From positions 64,001 through 128,000 of IMG/VR virus record IMGVR_UViG_3300032304_002285: a stretch of 64,000 nt of DNA. One strand, 5' to 3'. Numbering within the stretch: the stretch's first letter is position 1; the number at the start of each line of letters is the position of its first letter. The notes under the pieces were generated by a model that saw nothing but the letters and a program-made list of their open reading frames with translations, had not been told where the DNA came from and ran no database searches. Below are positions 7,468-14,064 of this stretch, piece by piece. The position numbers and the translations under genes were made by a program. The stretch comes from a virus.

Positions 7468-7718
7468 GCCACTAAGGGACTAGGTTGCAAGTAGTCCAGA
7501 GTGGAAATCATCCAGGATCTTGGATAATCTCTTTACATAGGGATTATAGAAGAGAATGGGTGTAGTCGGAACTTGTGGGCAGGAAAGTTGGGCATACTCT
7601 TCGCCATCCGACTCTAAATAATTCACGTAATGTCACGAAAGCAGGGTACGGCTGTATAGCCCGATGGAGATTGTCCTGCTTGCTGGAGGGTGATGGTCCT
7701 AGCCCCTCCAATTTTTTT
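7468..7718 (+). ncRNA. Candidate ~240-nt structured RNA ending in a terminator hairpin
   Basis: Stems GGACTA/TAGTCC, ATAATCTCT/AGGGATTAT, AGTCGGA/TCCGACT and AAGCAGG/CCTGCTT, then TGGAGGG/CCCTCCA + T7. Confidence 0.45.
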
Positions 7719-7737
7719 CAAAACTTTTTTAGGATCT

Positions 7738-7769
7738 TTGGATTTAGAAGTAGTTCTGGGTGATATAAT
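7738..7769 (+). promoter_or_regulatory. Bipartite promoter motif, copy 2
   Basis: TTGGATTT...GGGTGATATAAT upstream of the 7806 ORF. Confidence 0.6.
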
Positions 7770-7805
7770 GATGTAAAGAGAACGTAGTGAGAAGGGGATT
7801 CGAGA

Positions 7806-8084
7806 ATGAGTGAAAGTGTTGAAGATCTGAAGCGTCAGGTTGCCCAGTGGAAATCGGTTGCGGCTTATCTGGCTGAGTGTCATGCTGCTTCTGCTGAGAC
7901 TGTTGCTGAGCAGAAGAAGTCTTCCAAGTATGAGAAGAAGCGCCATGCTGAGATTTGCAAGAAGGCGGCTATGATGTTGAAGCATGGGGATCTTGTTGGG
8001 GTAGTTGATCGGAGGTATGCCAAAGAAGGTTTCATTGAAGTGATTGAGCGTTGTGAGTTGGCGAAGGTTGAGTGTGAGAAGTAA
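7806..8084 (+). CDS. Hypothetical protein
   Basis: 92-aa ORF behind the promoter motif with a GAAGGGG RBS. Helical and coiled-coil-like. Confidence 0.7.
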   Translation: MSESVEDLKRQVAQWKSVAAYLAECHAASAETVAEQKKSSKYEKKRHAEICKKAAMMLKHGDLVGVVDRRYAKEGFIEVIERCELAKVECEK

Positions 8085-8095
8085 GTTTTGATAGT

Positions 8096-8169
8096 GCAGG
8101 TATCGTATAGTGGCAATACCCTAGTTTTCCAAACTAGCGCGGTGGGTTCGATTCCCACTACCTGCTCCA
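8096..8169 (+). tRNA. tRNA-Gly(TCC)
   Basis: Anticodon arm CTAGT-TTTCCAA-ACTAG. TCCA end. Confidence 0.95.
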
Positions 8170-8181
8170 AAGGTTTAAGAT

Positions 8182-8328
8182 TGGTCGGCAAGGTTTGGAT
8201 GTTCTGTGAAAGCTGACACTTGACTGTTATCAGATAGGATCGCAACCTGTTTGAGTCAAGATGCCTGGGGAACAGGCTTCAGGCGGAACGCAAGAATATC
8301 ACGGGTTCAAATCCCGTCCGATCAACCA
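8182..8328 (+). ncRNA. 147-nt tRNA-shaped RNA with a ~70-nt structured insert at the anticodon position
   Basis: Acceptor TGGTCGG/CCGATCA + A + CCA. T arm ACGGG-TTCAAAT-CCCGT is identical to that of tRNA-Leu(TAA). Variable-arm-like GCG-GAA-CGC. Internal stems CTTGACT/AGTCAAG and GCCTG/CAGGC. Confidence 0.65.
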
Positions 8329-8332
8329 ATTT

Positions 8333-8417
8333 TGAGGTCTTAATCGTACGGTGTTGAGCAGAACACAGAGGCGATGAATCCCATAGAACTGCTAATTCTA
8401 TGATGGGAAAGACTTCA
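8333..8417 (+). ncRNA. Candidate three-way-junction RNA with complementary (kissing) loops
   Basis: Closing stem TGAGGTCTT/AAGACTTCA. Hairpin loops GAGCAG and CTGCTAA are complementary (AGCAG/CTGCT). Confidence 0.5.
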
Positions 8418-8440
8418 TCTAAGTTTTGAGTAAGAGGTTA

Positions 8441-8462
8441 GTTCTTTAAAAATTGAATAGTT
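8441..8462 (+). promoter_or_regulatory. rrn boxA/processing-like motif, copy 3
   Basis: GTTCTTTAAAAATTGAATAGTT, 4 nt upstream of tRNA-Val. Confidence 0.55.
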
Positions 8463-8466
8463 CTGT

Positions 8467-8543
8467 GGGCAGTTAGCTCAGTTGGTTAGAGCATTTGGTC
8501 TACACCCAAAATGTCGGGGGTTCGAATCCCTCACTGCCTACCA
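8467..8543 (+). tRNA. tRNA-Val(TAC)
   Basis: Anticodon arm TTTGG-TCTACAC-CCAAA. CCA. Confidence 0.95.
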
Positions 8544-8554
8544 TTTTAAGTATT

Positions 8555-8639
8555 GGCCGGGTGGCGAAAAGGCAGACGCAACAGACTTAAAATCTGTCGG
8601 ATTTTATCCGTACGGGTTCAAATCCCGTCCCGGCTACCA
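8555..8639 (+). tRNA. tRNA-Leu(TAA)
   Basis: Anticodon arm ACAGA-CTTAAAA-TCTGT, long variable arm, CCA. Confidence 0.95.
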
Positions 8640-8642
8640 ATT

Positions 8643-8860
8643 TCAAATAAGTGGTCCCTGCTTGATCGTCCCAGTGATAAAAGCAAAGATCATTAAAAAT
8701 TGCTGCCACTTATTTGAGAACTTTTCGGCTTTCTTGTAAAGCCGATGGTGGAGGCGGTTAGGGAAACCTAATTGCCCTAGCGACACATGCTGGACTAGTG
8801 AGGCTGTAGTCTCATGAAACAAGTTGTGTGGCTTTCCGGTAAGAAGTAACCGGGCTTTCG
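8643..8860 (+). ncRNA. Candidate structured RNA(s) between tRNA-Leu and tmRNA
   Basis: 12-bp perfect stem TCAAATAAGTGG/CCACTTATTTGA, TCGGCTTT/AAAGCCGA, GGCGGTTAGG-GAAA-CCTAATTGCC and further hairpins. Confidence 0.45.
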
Positions 8861-8867
8861 TTCAATT

Positions 8868-9271
8868 GGGCCTGACATGGTTTCGATCAAGTGAATGAGG
8901 GTTAGGATTGCATGCAGAGGATGATCGTTGGCCTCTTAAAACTTCGATCAAGTAAGTAACTGCGGAAACTCTTGAGTTCCCCGCTATGCCCATTGCTGCC
9001 TGATCTAGGGTAGTAAAGGGTATGGTCTAAGCCATCAGCAAAGTCTATAAGGCTGATGGGGTTGTCTTAATGATTCGCTCTTGAGACACACAGAATGATA
9101 GGCTGGCTTCAAGGTGATGCCGGATAGCTAAGAAGCGAGAGTTCTGACGGCTGGATGCGCTTAACCTGCTGTGAGGGGAAAAGGCATTGAGAAAAACAAA
9201 TCACAGACAAGCATGTAGAGTCTTGCCGGAAAGCATTTGAGACCGGGGTTCGACTCCCCGCAGGTCCACCA
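8868..9271 (+). ncRNA. ssrA: tmRNA
   Basis: 5' GGGCCTGACATGGTTTCGA. 3' T arm GGTTCGACTCC followed by CAGGTCC-A-CCA with a G3:U70 pair. The tag ORF at 8962-9003 follows TAACT and encodes AETLEFPAMPIAA*. Confidence 0.92.
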
Positions 9272-9278
9272 CAAACAT

Positions 9279-9319
9279 AGGGATATCAAGGAGTTACGGC
9301 TTCTTGGTATCCCTTTTTT
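9279..9319 (+). terminator. Intrinsic terminator after tmRNA
   Basis: AGGGATATCAAGGAG/CTTCTTGGTATCCCT followed by a T run. Confidence 0.75.
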
Positions 9320-9344
9320 ATTTCCCAGGAATTCTTTAAATGTT

Positions 9345-9372
9345 TTGGATTTTCGAGATTGTTGGGTAATAC
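9345..9372 (+). promoter_or_regulatory. Bipartite promoter motif, copy 3
   Basis: TTGGAT-N16-TAATAC(AT). Confidence 0.65.
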
Positions 9373-9421
9373 ATGGATGAAAAAATAATTTACTGTAAGA
9401 ATTTGTGGAGGGTTATTAGGG

Positions 9422-9778
9422 ATGATTACTGCCAAAATTAAATCTGAAGATCAAGAAGTTTATATTGGTTGTTACTATGAAATGCCTGATGGAAAGATTG
9501 CTTGTCTTACTTGTTGGAACGGGATAAAGAAGACTTTTAGTTTTTATTGTGATGATGGGCTTGGCCTTCAGGAATCGCCATGTGAAGAATTGAAGAAGTG
9601 GGTTTTGTGTCGAGACTTGAATGATTTTCCTAATAGCAGTGATCCAAGGTTGCCTTATGTCTTTGATCTTTTTTGGGATCTAAAGAGGGTTTCTGAGCTT
9701 CGGTATGGGTTGGAACATGGTCATGAGGATTCTGATTTAATAAGGGATGAAATGGTTCGGTGGGGGATTTCTCTTTAG
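9422..9778 (+). CDS. Hypothetical protein
   Basis: 118-aa ORF with GGAGGG RBS, behind the promoter motif. Confidence 0.7.
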   Translation: MITAKIKSEDQEVYIGCYYEMPDGKIACLTCWNGIKKTFSFYCDDGLGLQESPCEELKKWVLCRDLNDFPNSSDPRLPYVFDLFWDLKRVSELRYGLEHGHEDSDLIRDEMVRWGISL

Positions 9779-9804
9779 TTTTTTCAAAGAATTAGAAAAA
9801 CGCT

Positions 9805-9832
9805 TTGGATTTTGATTGCTTGATGGTAATAC
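9805..9832 (+). promoter_or_regulatory. Bipartite promoter motif, copy 4
   Basis: TTGGAT-N16-TAATAC(AT). Confidence 0.65.
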
Positions 9833-9880
9833 ATTGTTGTCGATAAGAGATTGAGTTAATCACGATAGGAGATTGGCAAA

Positions 9881-10498
9881 ATGTTGAACATTTGCTTGTT
9901 GAAAATCTTGGATAAAAACAATCCGACTCCCGCTATTGATGCATTGATGAAGGTTGGATTGAGCAATGTTGAGGCTCAAGATGCTGTTGTTGAGCTTTCG
10001 GGGTCATTTCTTTCTTTGGTTGCTGTTAGGACTGAAGATATCTGGCCTGTTGATTTGAGTGAGTTTTTCGTTTTTGAGTTTATTCAAAGGGTTGAAATTA
10101 CTCTTGAGACAGCTTTGTTTCCCAAGGAAAAGATTCATGGGATTCAGGCTATCCGTGCTGCCACGGGAATGGGCTTGGTGGATTCCAAGGATACGATTGA
10201 GAATCTTTTTATGGGAGTGCATACCAAGATTCAGTCTAAGCCTGAAGAGGTTGAGAATTTGAGGAAATGGTTTACTCTTACTGCTGAGGAGTTGGGTCCG
10301 GTTCCTCAGCCTTATGTTCCTGGTCGGGTTGTTCAAAAAAACACGATTAGCCATTGTGTTGGTAGTAGTCATAAAGAAGAGGCAATGGAGCACATGTCTG
10401 CCTTTGCCAAGGAGCTTTTGGATGAAAAGAAATGGGAAGCTGCTCAGAACATTTGCAACTTGTTGAGCATTTTGAAGACTGTTGAAGAATATCAATAA
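9881..10498 (+). CDS. Ribosomal protein bL12 (L7/L12) CTD-like domain protein, paralog 1
   Basis: EKIHGIQAIRAATGMGLVDSKDTIE resembles the bL12 CTD pattern KI.VIK.VRA.TGLGLKEAK.LVE. The C-terminal helix pair is shared with the paralogs. Confidence 0.7.
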   Translation: MLNICLLKILDKNNPTPAIDALMKVGLSNVEAQDAVVELSGSFLSLVAVRTEDIWPVDLSEFFVFEFIQRVEITLETALFPKEKIHGIQAIRAATGMGLVDSKDTIENLFMGVHTKIQSKPEEVENLRKWFTLTAEELGPVPQPYVPGRVVQKNTISHCVGSSHKEEAMEHMSAFAKELLDEKKWEAAQNICNLLSILKTVEEYQ

Positions 10499-10512
10499 GG
10501 AGCATTGAGGAA

Positions 10513-11100
10513 ATGAAGAGGATTCGGCTAGGTTTTATTAAGCATACTTATAGTTCTCAGGCTGCTATTGGCGCTCTTGAGGTGAACGGTGTGGTTCGAG
10601 AGCAAGCCAAAGAGGCTGTTGCTTGTATGATTAAAGGGATTAGGTCTTTTATTGTTACGACTAATGACAAGTGGGTAGCTGATTTGAATGAGTTTTTTGA
10701 TTTTGAGTTTGTTGATAAATATTATGTTTCTCTTATCAAGGTTTTCTATCCCAGCCAGAAATTTGAAACCATCAGGAGTCTTCGGGCTGCTACTGGTTTG
10801 GAGTTGAAAGAAGCCAAGGAAGTTTATGAGGCGGTTCTGGGTGGGGGAACGAAAAGGATTGAAGTTAACCCTGATGTTGTGGATGATTTGAAGAAGTGGT
10901 TTGATATTATTTATGAGCAATATGTTATTAAATCGGAAGAATTGCCTGCTGTTGTGAGTCCGGTTGGTAGTAATAAGGATTTGGCGATAGAGCATCTTTC
11001 TTCTTATGTCAAAGAGCTTCTTGATGACAGGAAGATGATGGCTGCAAAGAGTGTGTGTAATCTTTTGGGTATTTTGAAGAATGTTGAGGATTACCAATAA
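10513..11100 (+). CDS. bL12 CTD-like domain protein, paralog 2
   Basis: QKFETIRSLRAATGLELKEAKEVYE. C-terminus ...CNLLGILKNVEDYQ. Confidence 0.7.
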   Translation: MKRIRLGFIKHTYSSQAAIGALEVNGVVREQAKEAVACMIKGIRSFIVTTNDKWVADLNEFFDFEFVDKYYVSLIKVFYPSQKFETIRSLRAATGLELKEAKEVYEAVLGGGTKRIEVNPDVVDDLKKWFDIIYEQYVIKSEELPAVVSPVGSNKDLAIEHLSSYVKELLDDRKMMAAKSVCNLLGILKNVEDYQ

Positions 11101-11116
11101 AAAGCTTGTGAATGGT

Positions 11117-11144
11117 TTGGATTTCTGTCTTTTTTGGGTAATAC
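11117..11144 (+). promoter_or_regulatory. Bipartite promoter motif, copy 5
   Basis: TTGGAT-N16-TAATAC(AT). Confidence 0.65.
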
Positions 11145-11185
11145 ATAGATGTCAATAAGGATTGAGAACAAAGGAGATCGGCAAA

Positions 11186-11758
11186 ATGGCTAGTGTGACT
11201 TTGAAGAACATCAAGGGTGGGATTTCCATGAAGGATGCGGAGTTGGCTCTTTGTGGGGCTGGTGTTAGTAATTATCAGGCGGAACAGGCTGTTGCTAATT
11301 TGTCCAGGAATGTTCCCAATCATTTTGTGGTTGAGACCAATGATCCTTGGGGTGTTAATCTTTATAATTACTTTGATCTTGAGCTTAGTCAGGCTGTGAG
11401 TGTTCGTTTGCATCGGATGTTGTTTCCTGGGGAGAAGATTGCCACCATCAAGGAGCTTCGGGCTGCTACGAATATGGGCTTGAAGGATTCCAAGGACATT
11501 GTTGATGCGGTTCATGTTGGGGATTCTCGGATTGTCAATGTGATGAGTGTTGATCGTATTAATAAATTGAAGGACTGGTTTGATCTTAAGGAAGTTTCTC
11601 CGAATGGCTCTTCGGTTCAGGTTGGAAACAACAAAGAGGAAGCCATGAAGTATATGGCTGCTTTTGCCAAGGATCTTTTGGATGAGAAGAAGTGGGAGTC
11701 TGCTCAGAACATTTGCAATTTGCTGAGCATTTTGAAGACGGTTGAAGAATATCAATAA
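11186..11758 (+). CDS. bL12 CTD-like domain protein, paralog 3
   Basis: EKIATIKELRAATNMGLKDSKDIVD. Start set to ATG 11186 behind AAGGAG. The C-terminal ~35 aa are nearly identical to paralog 1. Confidence 0.7.
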   Translation: MASVTLKNIKGGISMKDAELALCGAGVSNYQAEQAVANLSRNVPNHFVVETNDPWGVNLYNYFDLELSQAVSVRLHRMLFPGEKIATIKELRAATNMGLKDSKDIVDAVHVGDSRIVNVMSVDRINKLKDWFDLKEVSPNGSSVQVGNNKEEAMKYMAAFAKDLLDEKKWESAQNICNLLSILKTVEEYQ

Positions 11759-11772
11759 GGAGGATTGGGAGA

Positions 11773-11907
11773 ATGAAGAAGGGTGGGACTCCGAAATACA
11801 CAAAGCCTGATAAGAGTGGGCATAGCCGGATGAAAAAGAGTTCTGGGATTTTAGGAATGATTCGAGGGAAGTTACGGGAAGCCAAGAAGAGGGCAAAGAG
11901 ATTGTAA
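11773..11907 (+). CDS. 44-aa highly basic small protein (absent from the ORF track)
   Basis: GGAGGA RBS. MKKGGTPKYTKPDKSGHSRMKKSSGILGMIRGKLREAKKRAKRL*, followed by a terminator. Confidence 0.5.
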   Translation: MKKGGTPKYTKPDKSGHSRMKKSSGILGMIRGKLREAKKRAKRL

Positions 11908-11933
11908 GAGAGGTTTGTTGATTTAGTTGATTC

Positions 11934-11976
11934 AAGCCGGGAATCCTTAATTGGATATCCCGGCTTTCTTTTTTTT
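11934..11976 (+). terminator. Intrinsic terminator
   Basis: AAGCCGGGA/TCCCGGCTT followed by a T tract. Confidence 0.75.
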
Positions 11977-12016
11977 AATATTTGAGGTTTTTATAAGAAA
12001 TGGTTTTGGAGATTTT

Positions 12017-13567
12017 ATGTTTAATAAGTCTATGGTTGCCAAAGAGCTATTGAAAATATCCAGCTTGATTTTAGGTGGTAGGGGCTGGAGTTGGAGCAAT
12101 TACGGGGCATGGGTTTTACCAGATGGTAAGGTATTGCCTGTTGCTGTTGAGTTTACTCATTATGATGTTGCGGCTGAATATTTTCAGAAAAAAGATCCTA
12201 AGCATTTCAATAACATTTATTCCTTGGATCAGTTTTTCAATGAGGGTTGGGTTAGGGTGGTTTTTAGGCAGTCGTTGAGTGTAGAGATTAAGAGCCGGGT
12301 TTATCCTGCTCAGAGAGAAGTTTTATTGAAAATGGTTGAGGATTATCCAAGGCGGAATTTTTACATAGATGACTATCCCTCTTCGATTGTGACTGAGGAT
12401 GCTGAGGAGGCTAGGGATAGGATAAGGGCTGCAAGTCTTAAGAAGGCTACCGAGATTAAGTGGAGTGATTATGGGGCATGGATTTTACCTGATGGTAAGG
12501 TTTTAAGAGTTGGGTATCAAGAGCACATGGAGACTGCTGAGGAGTATTTTAATAAACACAAGATTGAGATTGAGACCAATCCTTATGTTGAGGCTTTCAA
12601 GAGGGATTGGGTAAGGGTTGTCTTTAAGGAGATGGGGATAGAGATGGGGAGTAATCTTACTTCCAAGCAGAGATATGTATTGGAAGATATGGTTGATGAT
12701 AATCCTTATACGTCAAAAGTGTTTTTTGATAGGAATGGTACTACTAATATTAATTTCAGCACGGATGATAAAGAGTCGGCAATCAATAAGATTAGGGCTG
12801 CTGGTTTGGTTAATGCTGCTTCATTTCATTTTACAGATTATGGGGCATGGATATTGCCGACTGGGGGAGTGTTGAGGGTAGAGGATCATCAACAACATGG
12901 CGCTGTTGCCTCTAAATATTTAGCAGGTAAGGGCATTGAGGTTGATAGTTATAATAGTTACAGTGAGGCTTTCAAAGAGGGGTTGATTCGGATTCAATAT
13001 GGATCTGATTTGAATATTGAGATCAATAGTCGTATTACGCCAAGGCAAAGGAATACTCTTCTTGCCATGGTAGATTCTTTCCCGAAGAAAACGGTTATGA
13101 TAGACAAGGATATTTATACGACTCATTCTCAGACTTTTGCTTTAGAGAATAAGGAAGATGCGAAAGAGAGAATAAGGTCTGCTAGTATGAGGGTTGCTAA
13201 GGATTGGAGTTTTCGGGATTACGGGGCATGGGTATTGCCTAATGGAGATGTTTTACGGGTCAAGGGTTTTTTTGAGCATTCGGAGGTTGCTGGTAGTTAT
13301 ATGAAATTCAATGATATTGTTTTTAAGGGAAGTCCTTATGATAAGGCGTATAAGATGGGATGGGTTCGTGCTGTATTTCTTCCTGATTTAAATTTTGACA
13401 TTCAAAAGGGTTTAACTTCTCAACAGCGTTCGGTTCTCACTGACATGTTAGATGATTATCCTAAAGAGACTGTTATTATTTCTAGACCATCTAGAGAGAT
13501 ACAATTTGATGAGAAAGAAAAGGCTTTGAATTTACTTAGGGTTGCTTCTTTAAAAAAAGTTGGATAA
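12017..13567 (+). CDS. Leader-bearing protein with four tandem ~125-aa repeats
   Basis: Start ATG 12017 (MFNKSMVAKELLKISSLILG). Four units of YGAW.LP.G.VL.V...H...GWVRV...QR..L..M, each ending RIRAAS-like. Confidence 0.8.
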   Translation: MFNKSMVAKELLKISSLILGGRGWSWSNYGAWVLPDGKVLPVAVEFTHYDVAAEYFQKKDPKHFNNIYSLDQFFNEGWVRVVFRQSLSVEIKSRVYPAQREVLLKMVEDYPRRNFYIDDYPSSIVTEDAEEARDRIRAASLKKATEIKWSDYGAWILPDGKVLRVGYQEHMETAEEYFNKHKIEIETNPYVEAFKRDWVRVVFKEMGIEMGSNLTSKQRYVLEDMVDDNPYTSKVFFDRNGTTNINFSTDDKESAINKIRAAGLVNAASFHFTDYGAWILPTGGVLRVEDHQQHGAVASKYLAGKGIEVDSYNSYSEAFKEGLIRIQYGSDLNIEINSRITPRQRNTLLAMVDSFPKKTVMIDKDIYTTHSQTFALENKEDAKERIRSASMRVAKDWSFRDYGAWVLPNGDVLRVKGFFEHSEVAGSYMKFNDIVFKGSPYDKAYKMGWVRAVFLPDLNFDIQKGLTSQQRSVLTDMLDDYPKETVIISRPSREIQFDEKEKALNLLRVASLKKVG

Positions 13568-13611
13568 TTTTTTTAGTTATGTAAGTGAAAACCATTTAAG
13601 GAGTAAAAGAC

Positions 13612-13815
13612 ATGAGCTATCGTCCCAATGTAACGGATAAGAGTCAGAACGAGTTAGAGAGTGCTGCTTTTGAGGGTGGTATTCCTGTTCATGTTGATCA
13701 GAAGGTAGTTGTTGATGTTAAGGGCAAGGGTGGTGCTGAGAGGAAGATTGGTGGGGTTATTGTTTCTTGGAAGGACAATCCTGGTAAATTTATGGACAAC
13801 GTTGGGAAACCATAA
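13612..13815 (+). CDS. Hypothetical protein
   Basis: 67-aa ORF with AAGGAG RBS. Confidence 0.6.
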   Translation: MSYRPNVTDKSQNELESAAFEGGIPVHVDQKVVVDVKGKGGAERKIGGVIVSWKDNPGKFMDNVGKP

Positions 13816-14064
13816 ATGAAAACATTTCTTGTTGAATTGGTTCTTGGCTTATTGGGGAAGTTTATCGGTTGGCTTTCCAATAAGAAGAAGGAGGCGGATA
13901 AGAAGACGGTTGATTCTCAGGATCAATCTATTAAATCCGTTGGGGAATCAATTAAGAAGGAAGATGAAATTAGGAAGGAGCAGGAAAATGTTGACAAGAA
14001 TCCTTCCGATGTTCGGAAAGAGGATGGTTCTATTGATGTTAGCGGTTGGAATGCTGGGAAGTAG
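13816..14064 (+). CDS. Putative inner-membrane spanin (Rz-like)
   Basis: N-terminal hydrophobic segment LVELVLGLLGKFIGWL followed by a charged coiled coil. Its 3' end overlaps a lipoprotein gene. Confidence 0.55.
   Translation: MKTFLVELVLGLLGKFIGWLSNKKKEADKKTVDSQDQSIKSVGESIKKEDEIRKEQENVDKNPSDVRKEDGSIDVSGWNAGK

Noticed and set aside
4106-8739. Short ORFs overlapping tRNAs (4106, 4186, 5426, 6489, 6547, 7004, 7232, 7880, 8482)
   Set aside because: They overlap confident tRNA genes and have no RBS or protein-like features.
8790-8825. Hammerhead-like CTAGTGAG...GAAAC
   Set aside because: The core is not CUGANGA and stem II is not positioned directly before GAAA.
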